Shown piece by piece: positions 1 to 12,174 of a stretch of 64,000 nucleotides of DNA. A program made the position numbers and the translations under genes. The notes under the pieces were generated by a model. The model was given only the letters and a program-made list of their open reading frames with translations. It had not been told where the DNA came from and ran no database searches. The first letter of the stretch is position 1. The number at the start of each line of letters is the position of its first letter. The stretch comes from Chiloscyllium plagiosum (taxonomy: Eukaryota): NCBI RefSeq assembly GCF_004010195.1, contig NC_057719.1:18745159-18809158 (forward strand), in the 5' to 3' direction.

Positions 1-165
1 TAAACCTCTGGAATTGGTAGGACTTGAACTCAGGCCACAAAAGCACCTCCATATATTATTTGAAACACCCATTTCCACTATGCAGAGACAAAAAATAGAA
101 ATTGCTGGAAAAGCTCAGCAGGTCTGGCAGCATCTAGAGGGAAATCAAAGTTAATGTTTCGTGTT

Positions 166-205
166 GAGTTCTAAGGAAGGGTCACGTGACTCGAAACGTT
201 AATTC
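166..205 (+). ncRNA. Degenerate minimal hammerhead ribozyme-like motif
   Basis: GAGTT-CTAAGGA(A)-GGGTCA cg TGACTC-GAA-ACGT-T-AATTC. Stem I GAGTT/AATTC, stem II and an ACGT palindrome are present, but core G5 is mutated to A. Confidence 0.4.
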
Positions 206-233
206 TGATTTCTCTCCACAGATGCTGCTAGAC

Positions 234-566
234 GTTTTTAGATTAGATTCGATTCGATTACTTACAGTGTGGAAACAGGCACTTCGGCCCAACAAGTCCA
301 CACCGACCCTCCGAAGAGCAACCCAGCCAGAACCATTCCCCTGCATTTACCCCTTTACCTAACACTATGGAGAAATTTAGCATGGCCAATTCACCCAACC
401 TGCACATTTTTGGACTGTGAGAGGAAACCGGAGCACCTGGAGGAAACCCACGCGGACACGGGGAGAATATACAAACTCCACACAGACAGTTGCCTGAGGT
501 GGGAATTGAACCTGGATCTCTGGCGCTGTGAGGCAGCAGTGCTAACCACTGTGCCACCGTGCTGTC
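234..566 (-). mobile_element. HE1 (V-SINE superfamily) tRNA-derived SINE, full length
   Basis: Minus strand shows A box GGTGGCACAGTGG, B box GGTTCAATTCC, central GCGTGGGTTTCCTCCAGGTGCTCCGGTTTCCTC domain, and a CR1-like tail ending in (AATCT)n-like repeats. Confidence 0.92.
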
Positions 567-794
567 CTGCTGAGCTTTTCCAGCAATTTCTATTTTCGTC
601 CCTGATTTACAGGATCTGCAGTTCTTTCGGTTTTTTACCCATTATGTGAGATCCTGGGAATGGCAAAAAAAAACCCTTCAATCGATTTGGGAAAAACTCC
701 AGAAAACACTCTCAAGCTTTGTAAAAGTGGGTTATTCAAGATTGTCATGCAAACTGACAGACATATTCTCAAATACCCAACTATTTTCTATAAA

Positions 795-915
795 CATATG
801 CATTCTCTTATTTTTGTATTTTTTTTATTGGGCATCACTGGCAAAGGCAGCAAACATTGTGACCCTGAATGTTCTTTTGAAGGTGTGGAGAACCGCTGTC
901 TTGAACCACTGTAGC
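795..915 (-). mobile_element. Old CR1-like LINE 3' end fragment (subfamily B)
   Basis: Resembles the 3' termini at 3612-3720, 7160-7250 and 42700-42830. Confidence 0.5.
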
Positions 916-2363
916 TGTTGTATGTTAATGGCTTCCAATTTCAATTTTTGTAACATTGATAAAATAAAATAAGTCTTCAAAATGAAGTTTATTCACGTTT
1001 AGCTCCTCTCTTGGCTCGCAGTTATTTCGAAAAAATTCTGCTTACACTAGCTTTTATATGCTAGAAAGATTCTCAGCAAATTCCATCAACGATGCTGACA
1101 CAAAAACATGTATAAATTTCAAGGGTAAGCGTGGTCCTGGATTTTCTGGCCCATGGTACGCAGGAGCTTTCAACAATCTTGTTAGTTCAACTGTGCATGT
1201 TGATCCAGCACTTTTGCAGTACAGGGCTCAATGCATCCTGTTCATCATCATCATTCATTGTTTGAACAAAATATTCAAATTAATTCAGATGAAATGGAGA
1301 AGAAATCAAAAGGGTGTCAATTACAATTCTTTGTAACTGATTGATTTTTAAAGAGGTACTAATAGCAAAACTCGCTCTCTAACAGGTGAACAACTGAACT
1401 GTTGGTGAATGGGCTTCTGATTGGGTTTATGAATTTCTCCTTGCAAGCATTAACATTTGAAGAACCCTCTCATCTGGGGCTGAGCAAAAATAAATCAATT
1501 AACCTTCAGAGTGCCTTTCGGTAAGCTGCCTTGTTTCAGTGAAACTATCTACTCTACTGAGACAGCCAGTGACAGATCTTGTCCTTTTCCACTTCGCTCA
1601 CAGACAATAAGCTGAAGGACTTGACTTGTGGATGAACCTCTGCAGCCCAGTCAACATTCAATAATTACGAAGCGAGAAGTATGAAGAGACCAGTTATAGA
1701 AACCACCATTCAACACGGGTCAGGAAAAGATAAAGAAAAAAAGAGATGGGACAATTAATTGGTTTGCCTTGCAATTGTTCTGTATTAATTGGAGAGTTAG
1801 TAGTTTCCACATTTTATCAAAAACCTAACAACATTACCTTTATGTTCTATGATGATTTTATGCCAAACTTTAGGATTCTGTAGAAACAGCAACGCAGAAA
1901 TAGCCAATTGTGCTGGTGTTTCACCTTGACATTGTTAATGTCATTTTGGTACATCGCTATTTAAATATCAACTGTAGTAATTTCCATGTTAACAAACCCG
2001 GCTCTCAGTGTTGGGTTATGCAACAGGCGTTGGGTTCTGCAATAGGCATTGGAACACCAATGTTGGGACCACATTCAGATCGTAAACTTACACTTGGTGG
2101 GAGCAAGACTGCAGGAGTTATCTTCCTCTGGTGCTTGAAATGGCCCCTTCCAAACTCACCAACAGCAAGGCGGGCTCAAAATGCCACTGGTTCAATCAGA
2201 GAGAGTTGTGTCAATGGGAGTGCTTGGGGCTGCTGAGAAAGATCGGACACCATGAGGATCCCGCAAAATGGAGTCACCCACACTGGCATCAGGGAATTTA
2301 AAATTAGGATCTGTGCGAATGTGTCAGGTAGGTTGTGGCATTGGGGGATTTGCTGGATTGGTC

Positions 2364-2748
2364 TTAGAATAGAATCCTGAAGGTGTAGAAACAGGCCCTT
2401 CAGCTCAACAAGTCCACATCGACCCTCCAAAGAGTAACTCACTCAGACTCATTCCCCTACCCTATTACTCTACATTTACCCCAGACTCATGCACCTAACT
2501 TGAATGCACCTAACTTTGAATGCACCTAACCGACACATCCCTGAACACTGTGGACAATTTAGCATGGCCAAATCACCTAACTTGAACATCTTTGGACTGT
2601 GGGAGGAAAGTGGAGCACCCGGAAGAAATCCACGCATACACGGGGAGAATTTGAAAACTCCATACAGACAGTCACCCGAGGCTGGAATCAAACCAGGGTC
2701 CCTCGCGCTGTGAGGCAGCAGTGCTAACCACTGAGCAACCGAACTGTC
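2364..2748 (-). mobile_element. HE1 SINE with internal triplication of ATGCACCTAAC
   Basis: Homologous along its length to 234-566; three ATGCACCTAAC units at ~2489-2530. Confidence 0.9.
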
Positions 2749-3154
2749 CATCTTGGTCTTTTGAAATATAGCTACCTTCTTGAGAGGTGGAGGCTTCTCC
2801 TTCAATGGTTTACCCTATTATGCGGCCGTGCTAATCAGAAGGAGGTGGCTGGCTCTGCACACAGATAGGTGGTGAGGGTGGGGGTGGAGGAGTACTTCCA
2901 CAGGTAATGCTGCAAAATCATCTCCCAATTCAGGCCTTGACATTGCAAATTGGTATTGCCTCTATGGAGTCACAGCTGATCTGCTTCCTTGCTTGCACAG
3001 GGGCACAAGTGTCCTTACTTTCCACAACTCTCCTGTCTCCAAACTAACCAACCTGGGACCAGAATTTCAGCCTTTTGACTCTACATACATTTGATTTAGA
3101 GGTAAGTGTACTACCGACAGAACTAATCTGAGAAATACACAAATAGTTAAATGC

Positions 3155-3610
3155 ACAGACATATAAATTTGGAGCAAAAAAAGGCCATTCCACCTCTCAA
3201 GCCCCCTCCCCCATCCAATAGGATTGTGGCTAATCTGCTTATGATTTCAATTCTGCATTTGTGTCTGAGCTCATTAACCTTTGACACCCTTGCCTTGCAA
3301 GAATCTAGCTACCTCAATCTTAAAATCTGTCAATGATCCCATCTTCACCACCTCATGAGGTGCAGAGTTCCAAAGTCACACAATATTCTGAGAGAAAAAT
3401 TTCCACTCAACTTTGTCCTAAAAGGGTGACCCTATCTTTTTTTCCCTTTGGCCCCAAGTTGTATTTTCACCCCCAAGAGGAAACAGATTTCCCATATCCA
3501 CCTTGTCAAGAACATTCAGGATCTTGCATAACAAGACCGTAACCCGAACAAATACGAACAGGGGTTGGCTGTTTGGCCCCTCAGGCTTGCTCCACCATTC
3601 AACAGAATTT
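3155..3610 (-). mobile_element. Old, degraded CR1 3' end fragments
   Basis: GGAGCAAAAAAAGGCCATTCCACCTCTCAAGCC-type 3' UTR, shared with the elements at 10324 and 38838. Confidence 0.55.
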
Positions 3611-3611
3611 T

Positions 3612-4858
3612 TTTTATTCAGTCATGTGAAATGGTCATTGCTGGCTAGACAACATTTTATTGCCCGTCCCCAGTTGGTAATGAGCTGCCTTCTTGACTGC
3701 TGTAGTCTACAGGCTGTAAGTTGACCCACAATGCCTTTAGGGAGACATTTCCAGGATATTGAAGTAGCGACAGTGAAGGAACGGTGATATATTTCGAAGT
3801 CAGGATGGTGGGTGGCTTGGAGGCAAATTTGCAAATGGAGGTGTTCCCATGTATTTGCTGCCCTTGTCCTTCTAGTTGGATGCGGTCATGGATTTGCAAG
3901 GTGCTGCCGAAGGATCTTTAGTGAACCTCTGCAGTGCATCTTGTAGATAGCAAATACTGCTGCTACTGAGCATCAGTGGTGGAGGGAGTGGATGCCTGTG
4001 GATGTGGTGCTAATCAACCAGACTGCTTTGTCCTGGACGGTGTGAAGCTTCTTGATTGTTGTTGAAGCAGCACTCATCCAGGCAAGTAGGAAGTATCTCA
4101 CTCCTGACTTGCACCTTGTAGGTGGTGGGCAGGCTTTGGGGAGTCAGGAGGTGAGTTACTCATTGCAGTATTCCCAGCCTCTGACCTGCTGTTATGGCTA
4201 TTGTGATTATGTGGTGAGTCCAGTGGATTTTTTGGTCAATGGTAACCCTCAAGATGTTGATTGTGAGCGATTCAGTGATGGTAACACCATTGAATGGCAA
4301 AGTATAGTGATTAGCCTGTCTCTTAGCGGAGATTTGAGAAGGTCATTGCCTGACTTTTGTGTGGCACGAATGTTGCTTGCCACTTGACAGCCCAAGCCTG
4401 GCTATTGACTATATCTTGTTGCATTTAGACTTGGACTGCTTCAATATCTGAGGAGTTGTGAATTATTCTGAACACTGTGCAATCATCGGCAAACATCCCC
4501 ACTACTAACTTTATGACAGAGGGAAGGTCATTGATGAAGCAGCTGAAGATCGTTGGACTTAGGTGACTACCCTGAGGAACTCCTGCAGAGATGTCCTGGA
4601 CCTGAGATAATTGACCTCTAACAACCACAACCATTTTCCTATGTGTCAGGTACAACTCCAACCTATGGCTCCAAACATTTGCCCCTGAAACCTCTTGATT
4701 TCAATATTACCAGGGCTCCGTGAGGCCACACTGGTCAAATGCAGGCTTGATGTCAAGGGCTGTCGCTCTAACCTGACCTCTGATTTCAGCTGTTGTCCAT
4801 GTTTGAAACAAGGCTGTAATGAGATTGGAGTTGAGTGGTCCTAGCAGAACCCAAACTC
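3612..4858 (-). mobile_element. CR1-like LINE (subfamily B), 5'-truncated, RT remnant
   Basis: ORF 4425-4661 contains SAGVPQGSHLSPTIFSCFINDLP...MFADDCTVF, i.e. the RT PQG and FADD motifs; a 3' UTR follows. Confidence 0.88.
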
Positions 4859-5819
4859 TGCAGAGTTAATGTTTTGAGTCCAGTGATCCTTCACCAGATC
4901 AGAGTCATAGCTTAGAAAAGATAACTAGATTGAATCAGACATTATGGTCCATTTAATCTCATGCTTCTAACTTGACAATTTTACTTCCTTTCTGAAATGG
5001 GAAATGTGTGGGTGGTTGTTTTGATCCTGTGGAGATATTCTAAAAAGAATAATAATGATACCATCACCCCTCATAAACTTCTCTCCATTTGTGATTTGAA
5101 ATGTTCCTCCATGTATCAAATGTTAGGGAAATATTGCATGCTGTTCCAAAGTTTTGGTTCCATTGAAATAAGAAGGATATTTCTTTTGCTTTTTGTCTTT
5201 TGATAAATACGCTCATGTATAATCATAATGCTGCATGCAAAGACAAAGATTTGATTTACTGGTCATCGAGAGGGGCACATGTCAGTCTATAGTATGATAC
5301 ATGAATGAATCAAACAATGGAGCTAGTAACCAGCTGCTTCTTGACAAATAGCACTTATATCATAGCAGTGTCGTCCTGTCATCATCTGCATTCACCCTAA
5401 TTAACAAACATCTGTTTCCCATTTTCATTTACACAAAGAACAAGCTTGTCTAATCTATTACCTCTAATTCCCGATTCTCCCTGGGAAGATATTCCCGATC
5501 TCAAAGCTTTATTTCTGACATGAGTAAGCCTTTAAATAAATGACCATGCAGCATTAACACTAAACCAAATTTTTATACACTTTTTATCCCTGATAATCGC
5601 ACAGATTGTCTCCCACCCACTGAGTGTTACAATGGCTCTGTAGTTTTTGGAATATTCGTAACATTACTGCTGTAAATCAAGCATATTTCAAATTGTTTAA
5701 CATTTAAATGGTGGTAGCAATCAAAAAAATTAAACTGACTCAGAATCCTCATGGTCCTTAGGCTCAAGAATCTCCCAGCGCTATCAGGCTGGCACCTTCT
5801 ATTATTCCTGCCCTGATCT

Positions 5820-6060
5820 CCCTCTCAGATCCAGATCAGCAATATCAAAATACATGGAACTTCACATTAACACTGCGCATAAAGTTGTGTAGGTTTTCCA
5901 TCCTTGAATGCGAGCACAAGCCTCATATTGTGCATCAAGAGCTTCAACACAGGAGGACATGGCCTCACCACACATTACATCCCACTGCTTCATATTTCTC
6001 AATCCCGAAGTAACACATGGAATTACAGATACATGGACATGGAACCAGCACATCTAAGGA
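5820..6060 (-). mobile_element. Possible ancient RTE-clade LINE 3' fragment
   Basis: Minus strand ...GCTCGCATTCAAGGATGGAAA... resembles the RTE C-terminal RxRFKD motif; very degraded. Confidence 0.3.
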
Positions 6061-6639
6061 TCTGAGACGATTTCCTAAATTATAAGAATGATGAATGAGC
6101 AGATATGCATCACTGACAGCTTTAGCTATTAGAGTATTTAGCTCTTTCCCAGTCACAGTACAAAAAGTAAGCATATTCGAATCTTTGAAGAATTCTCATT
6201 ATGAATAAAAGCAAGTCAAGAACAACAACTTGGAGCCTGTCAACTAAATACTGGCTGATAATGCATCCAAGTAAAAGTGGTGAGATGTAATCAAATGAAG
6301 CTGGTGTATTACAGGGTTTGCAATTTTTTTTAAAACCAAGTATTGCTGTAGAAACAAGTAAATGGTGCGAGAGGAGGGAGTTGACAGATGGGCTGAATCA
6401 TTTGAAGGAAGGGAATAAAAGATTCGCCAAAGAGTGCCTCGAGCAAGGCAATGAAAGTAAGGCAATATTAAACTGCTCAGTGTGTTTAACAGGGCCTTAA
6501 GCTCATTTACCCCGTTTGGAGGTTAATTTTAGATCCATCACAGGGAACACAAAACCTTGAAAGAAGGGATTCCTCTGTGGTTCACTCTCCTTAAACTGGA
6601 GCACAGCCAAACCTCTGCTGCTAAAATCAAATTCAAATT

Positions 6640-6960
6640 AAGTTCCATTCACCTATCCCCTTCTCTCATGTTCAGCCACCTGGTCAGCATGGACGGGATG
6701 GACCGAAGGGTCTGTTTCCATGCTGTACATCTCTATGACTCTATGACCTAAATGGCTGTCAGCAATGATTCAGTTTGTACATTCTCTTGCTGGTGTTCAT
6801 ATTCTTCCACAGGTTCTCTGTCTCTCTATGTCTGTAACCCGCTCAAACATTAGATTCTTCTGAGATCACTGCACTATTCTACTTCTGGTACTATCCTAAT
6901 TTTAATTGCTCCACCATGGATAGCTATGCCACCAGGTGCCAATTTGTAGGAATGGAATTT
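6640..6960 (+). mobile_element. Old L2 LINE 3' fragment carrying a nested 70-bp CR1 3' tail (~6680-6749)
   Basis: Flanks resemble the L2 at 38715-39700. The nested GGTCAGCATGGACGGGATGGACCGAAGGGTCTGTTTCCATGCTGTACATCTCTATGACTCTATGAC matches the young CR1 tails. Confidence 0.6.
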
Positions 6961-7159
6961 CTCATGATAAATGTATCTGTCTCTCAATGTCTGGAGAAAT
7001 TTTCACTTAAGACTCCATACAAAATGTTGCAGGTGAAAAGTTTTCAAAATCTAATAGTAAGCCATGTTTCACACTGATCCAATCAGAGATTCTAAAAATC
7101 ACCTTGGTTTGAACACCGGTGACATGGTAACAACAGCATGAGAGAATATACCATTGGGG

Positions 7160-7590
7160 AGAAGAACACCCACATTGCTGGCAAGATCAGGATTTATTGC
7201 CCTTCTCTTCTTGTTCTTAAGACATTGTTTGAAAATCACCACCTTGAACCTCTGTGATATGGGTGCAGTTAGTGAGGGAACTCCAGGAACTTTACCCAGC
7301 GACAATGAAGCCATGATGAAATATTTTCAAATTAGGATAGTATGTGACTTTAAAGGATACTGCAGGCATGCACCTGCTGCCCTTGTCCTCCCAGATGGAT
7401 GAGGTTGTTGGTTTGGGAGGTGATGTTGAAGGAGTTTTGATGAATTGCTGCGTTGCATCTTGTAGGTACTACATACAACTGCCGCTGTACATTCATGATG
7501 GAAGGAGTCAATACTTAATATAGTGGATGAGGTGCAATTGTCTTATTATGGATGGTATTGACCTTCTTCAATTTGTTGGAGCTGCTTGCA
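7160..7590 (-). mobile_element. CR1-like LINE subfamily B 3' fragment, old
   Basis: Colinear similarity to 3620-4080. Confidence 0.7.
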
Positions 7591-7674
7591 TGTAATGACT
7601 AGATGCAGTGGGTTAAGTGATCCCCAACAAACTTCCAGTTGAATCTCAATAAGTGTACAAAAACAAAAGGTTAA

Positions 7675-8046
7675 AAAGTAAAGTCCCCACAGTTCCAGAG
7701 AACTGGAGAGCTGCTTTCTCTTGAGTGAGAGACAACTGGTAGTGAGTTTAATGTAAGGGTCACACTGCCTCAGGAAAGGGGTGAGGTTGAGAAGTTGGGA
7801 CCTTCACGGTGACCTTGGAGGTAATAAGTTCAGTTGATTGGCCAGCTGTTTTGCAATGCAGTGACACCAGTAGCTTCAATTCCTGATAGGAAAAAATGAG
7901 GACTGCAGATGCTGGAGATCAGAACTGAAAAATGTGTTGCTGGAAAAGTGCAGCAGGTCAGGCAGCATCTCCTGCTCCTGGGATGCTGCCTGAGCTGCTG
8001 CGCTTTTCCAGCAACACATTTTTCGGTTCAATTCTTGCACCAGCTG
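7675..8046. mobile_element. tRNA-derived SINE with inverted 5' half (3' half on minus strand 7675-7816; 5' half on plus strand 7817-8046)
   Basis: Both halves match the colinear copy at 54893-55050. Confidence 0.6.
7886..8024 (-). mobile_element. Fold-back Penelope-tail insertion (family A), no ribozyme segment
   Basis: Arms GAAAAATGTGTTGCTGGAAAAGTGCAGCAGGTCAGGCAGCATC / GATGCTGCCTGAGCTGCTGCGCTTTTCCAGCAACACATTTTTC. TSD GCTTCAATTCCTG (7873-7885) / GGTTCAATTCTTG (8025-8037). Confidence 0.75.
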
Positions 8047-8559
8047 TACAAAAATGGTAGCATTTAGGATACCAAGAATCTCCCTTAACTCATGTATACT
8101 GCTAAGATTTAGCCCTGCAAGTGCTACTTTAAGAGAATGAAGACTATGTTGAAGATATAATGGGTAGAGAATTACACTAGAGAATGCTGAGTATATTACT
8201 TTGACATCTTGTGAAAGCTAAATCAGGCTATATTGTGTAAATATAAGGGGATTGAAAGTGGCCCTTAGCAGCATAAGATCTCCTTTCTGAGTGCAACAAA
8301 TTGACTGATTACATCAGGAGTTGTTGGCATTCTTCCAGCATTGAGAGATGATGGACATGAAGCAAGTGATCCATTCAGAGAGGGGATGTCTTCATTTGGA
8401 GCATCTTTTACTGATGGCTGTGAAGGTCAATCCTTGGGAGGCAGGTTCAGCTAAAAGTGCCATACATGAAGCTGCCAAGAGATGATGTGTGTTGTTGCTT
8501 TCAGTGTTGACAACCTTTGTCAAGCTCCTGCAGTCATTAGTCATTGTGATATTGCACTC

Positions 8560-8900
8560 CAGACCACAGGAAGTGCTGCAATTTCCCCCCTTCACCAGCT
8601 ATTGACACTCAAGTGATAAACAATGTTTAGGATCTTCATGTCATGCTTGCAAATGTCCTTGAAGCTGAGTCCTAGGGTGTCATAAATATATGACAATTTC
8701 TCAGTCAGTGGAGGTATCCGATCAAGCCATCCAATTCATACTAACACATTAGGAGCTCAGTCTTACTGCTGCATTTGTGATTTCGTCAAGTACAATTTAT
8801 TGGAGAAAAGAAGCTTCCTTTTCTGCTTGCTGAAAGGCATTCATTTTTCATAGACCTGCCACATATAGTGAACCATCAACATGGTCCTTGGTGCTGTGCC
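8560..8900 (-). mobile_element. Ancient RTE-clade LINE 3' fragment
   Basis: Minus strand CTCAGCTTCAAGGACATTTGCAAGCATGACATGAAG encodes LSFKDICKHDMK, similar to the RTE C-terminal LRFKDxCKRDMK motif. Confidence 0.45.
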
Positions 8901-9114
8901 ATTTTCATTTCACAAGTTAGTCAAAGGTTATTGTTTTCCGTATGTGCACATGAAGCTTTCCATCAGGCAACAGATTGTCAATAAGATGTAATAACATGGG
9001 ACTGAGGTTCAGGATTAGGCCTTTCAGCCTTTGAGCATCATTTGATATTATCAAGACTGATCTGACTGCAATCTCAACTCCAATTTCCTGTCTGTCCCCA
9101 TAACTGTCATTTGT

Positions 9115-9450
9115 ACCACAAATGTGCCATGCAGTAATTATCTCCAACAAGAGATCATTTAACCAGCGTCCTTTGACGTTCAATGGCATTACCTCTATTT
9201 TCCACAATCAACATGGTGGGGGTTACTGTTGACCAGAAATTGAACTGGACTAGCCAAATAAATACGGTGACTACAAGAGCAAATAAGAATCTTATGGCCA
9301 GTGATTTATCTTCTGTCTCTGCAATGCTTGTTCACCATTAGCAAGACACAATCAGGAGTGTGACGGAAAGCTCCGCTTTTGCCTGCATAATTGTAGCTCC
9401 AACAACATTTAAATAGCTCAATATTATCCAGGACAATACAACTCACTTAA
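9115..9450 (+). mobile_element. CR1-like LINE subfamily B internal fragment (post-RT)
   Basis: ATCAACATGGTGGGGGTTACTGTTGACCAGAAATTGAACTGGACTAGCC is antisense-homologous to ~4205-4265. Confidence 0.65.
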
Positions 9451-10346
9451 GGCTATCAAACAATTCCTTAGATACCTGCCACTGCATCTGTATTATCCTA
9501 CATTTTCAAATAGACTCTTAGTTTTTTTTGGCCAACATTGCCTTCAAATCCTCAGTCTAAAAGACTGGTTTCTCACCTTCATAACAAGCTTGTAATTCTA
9601 TCATGTTATCATATCTGTTGCTTAGAGGCTTCTTTACTTTAGGTTATTGATTGTACTTTATGAGGTCTGGAATTATCTGTATTGCTCTAAGAAATTGTCC
9701 CAAATATACTTTATGAACTCACTCTGAACTTAGGGGGAAGCAGAATTTGTTAAACACTTCCAGTGTGGTGATATTTCTTATGACCAGGGTGGAAATGAAA
9801 AAGTGCGTTTCGTGGCTATTTTCTTTATTGATTTGGTTAGGTTGAACAGGTTACAAGCGTGGGAGAGAAAGTTCATGATCCATTGTATCTGAGTAGCCAT
9901 GTGGGTGACTTATGAAACACCTTCAATGTAGAGGAGTGATTAAAGAATGTGGCTTTTGAGGTCTAGTCTATTAGTGGGGAATGTAGGGAAGGAGAAATTT
10001 GTGATTTGGATGTACAGAAGTTACGATTTTGGTGAATGTGATAAATGCATCCTTTTGCAAAGTTGGGAAGAATGCTCTGGATCTACCTGTGCTCATAAGG
10101 AAAGGTGGAGGACAGTAAAAGAAGCACATAAGCAAACCTTTTGGGCATCTAATGACCCTGATACACTTCCTCACTTGGTTAATCTGGCTGGAAGCTCACT
10201 CTTACTTCCTAGTCATCATCAAAATCGATCATGCAAATATAATATAGGCCCTTCACTACTGAGCTTGTTCCATTAAAAATATGTACTTGGTCACAACTTT
10301 AGCAGGATCGTGAGATCTGAAGATCATAAGAGATAGAAGCAAGAGT

Positions 10347-10584
10347 AGATTAGAGTGGTGCTGGAAAAGTACAGCAGTTCAGGCAGCATCCGAGAAGCAG
10401 GAAAATCGACATTTTGGGCAAAAACCCTTCATCAGGAATATGATCAGAATCTATTCCTGATGAAGGGATTTTGCCTGAAATGTCGATTTTCCTGCTCCTT
10501 GGATGCTGCCTGAACTGCTGTGCTTTTCCAGCACCACTCTGATCTAGAATCTGGTTTCCAGCATCTGCAGTCCTTGTTTTTACC
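10347..10584 (+). mobile_element. Fold-back Penelope-tail mini-insertion (family A) with hammerhead-like motifs on both strands
   Basis: Arms 10347-10440 and 10452-10545 are near-perfect inverted repeats. 13-bp TSD TAGAAGCAAGAGT at 10334-10346 and 10585-10597. The right arm plus tail matches the Penelope 3' end at 12137-12268. Confidence 0.88.
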
Positions 10585-11297
10585 TAGAAGCAAGAGTGGG
10601 CCAATTGGCCCCATAAACCTGCTCTATCGTTCAACAGGATCATGGTTGATCAAACACTCCTCATGGCAATACTCCTGCCTTTTCTCTGTAACCCTTGATT
10701 CCTCTACTGATCAAGAGTTTATCTATTTCAGCCTTAAATATATCCTGGTACTATGCCCCATTTCTCTCTGTGGCAAGGAGTTACAAAGGCCCACGATTTT
10801 CTGAGTTTCTCCTCATCTCAGTCTTAAATTAGAAACCTTCTATTTTAAGACTGTACCCTCTGATCCTAGATTCTCCTTTGAGGGGAAACATCCTCCAACT
10901 ATTTGCCCAATCAAGCCCCTTCAGGATGTGGTATGTTTCAATGAGACCACCCCTCATTCTTCTAAACTCCAATGTGAGCCTCCACAGTATCTGCTCCCAG
11001 GAGGACCAGTTCCACCACAAAACACACCAGATGGCCTCCTTCTTTAGAGACCGCAATTTCCCTTCCCATGTGGTTAAGGATGCACTCTAACGCATCTCGT
11101 CCACATCCCGCACCTCCGCCCTCAGACCCCACCCCTCCAACCGTAACAAGGACAGAACGCCCCTGGTGCTCACCTTCCACCCTACCAACCTTCGCATAAA
11201 CCAAATCATCCGCCGACATTTCCGCCACCTCCAAACAGACCCCACCACCAGGGATATATTTCCCTCCCCACCCCTTTCCGCCTTCCGCAAAGACCGT

Positions 11298-11899
11298 NNN
11301 NNNNNNNNNNNNNNNNNNNNNNNNNNNNNNNNNNNNNNNNNNNNNNNNNNNNNNNNNNNNNNNNNNNNNNNNNNNNNNNNNNNNNNNNNNNNNNNNNNNN
11401 NNNNNNNNNNNNNNNNNNNNNNNNNNNNNNNNNNNNNNNNNNNNNNNNNNNNNNNNNNNNNNNNNNNNNNNNNNNNNNNNNNNNNNNNNNNNNNNNNNNN
11501 NNNNNNNNNNNNNNNNNNNNNNNNNNNNNNNNNNNNNNNNNNNNNNNNNNNNNNNNNNNNNNNNNNNNNNNNNNNNNNNNNNNNNNNNNNNNNNNNNNNN
11601 NNNNNNNNNNNNNNNNNNNNNNNNNNNNNNNNNNNNNNNNNNNNNNNNNNNNNNNNNNNNNNNNNNNNNNNNNNNNNNNNNNNNNNNNNNNNNNNNNNNN
11701 NNNNNNNNNNNNNNNNNNNNNNNNNNNNNNNNNNNNNNNNNNNNNNNNNNNNNNNNNNNNNNNNNNNNNNNNNNNNNNNNNNNNNNNNNNNNNNNNNNNN
11801 NNNNNNNNNNNNNNNNNNNNNNNNNNNNNNNNNNNNNNNNNNNNNNNNNNNNNNNNNNNNNNNNNNNNNNNNNNNNNNNNNNNNNNNNNNNNNNNNNNN
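11298..11899. other. Assembly gap (602 N) inside Penelope element
   Basis: Run of N. Confidence 1.
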
Positions 11900-12136
11900 C
11901 ATGACTTGTCCTACCTGCCTATCTTTTTTTCCACCTATCCACTCCACCTTCCTCTCTGACCTATCACTTTCATCCCACCCCCAACCATCCATTGTACTCT
12001 TTGCTACCTTCCCCATCTTCCTCCCTGACCTATCACCTTCATCTCCACCCCCACTCACCTATTGTACTCTATGCTACTTTCTCCCCATCCCCACCCTCCT
12101 CTCATTTATCTCTCCACCCTGCATGCACTCTGCCTG

Positions 12137-12174
12137 TATTCCTGATGAAGGGCTTTTGCCCGAAACATTGATTT
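12137..12174 (+). ncRNA. Minimal type I hammerhead ribozyme-like motif in Penelope 3' terminal region
   Basis: TATTC-CTGATGA-A-GGGC TTTT GCCC-GAAA-CATTG-ATTT. The core boxes and 4-bp stem II are intact. CATTG is consistent with CpG decay of CGTCG (TGTCG at 10481). Confidence 0.6.

Larger units (their letters stand above)
84..640 (+). mobile_element. Fold-back (hairpin) short element, probably Penelope-terminus derived (family C), interrupted by an HE1 SINE
   Basis: Left arm AAATAGAAATTGCTGGAAAAGCTCAGCAGGTCTGGCAGCATCT is the reverse complement of AGATGCTGCTAGAC|CTGCTGAGCTTTTCCAGCAATTTCTATTTT, which is split by the SINE at 234-566. Related copies lie at 44255 and 51112. Confidence 0.7.

Noticed and set aside
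258..557. Recurring MAQWLALLPHSARDPG... ORFs (also 2476, 40674, 50024)
   Set aside because: Chance translations of HE1 SINE copies, not a gene family.
1058..1336. 92-aa ORF with a donor-like AGG|GTAAGC at ~1124
   Set aside because: No recognisable domain; such motifs are expected by chance in 64 kb.
2489..2530. Short direct repeats ATGCACCTAAC x3
   Set aside because: Slippage inside an HE1 SINE; not a CRISPR-like array (no unique spacers, eukaryotic context).
10347..10584. Interpretation as a MITE or miRNA precursor
   Set aside because: Asymmetric unpaired tail, 13-bp non-fixed TSD and identity to the Penelope 3' end fit retrotransposition better; no small-RNA evidence is available.
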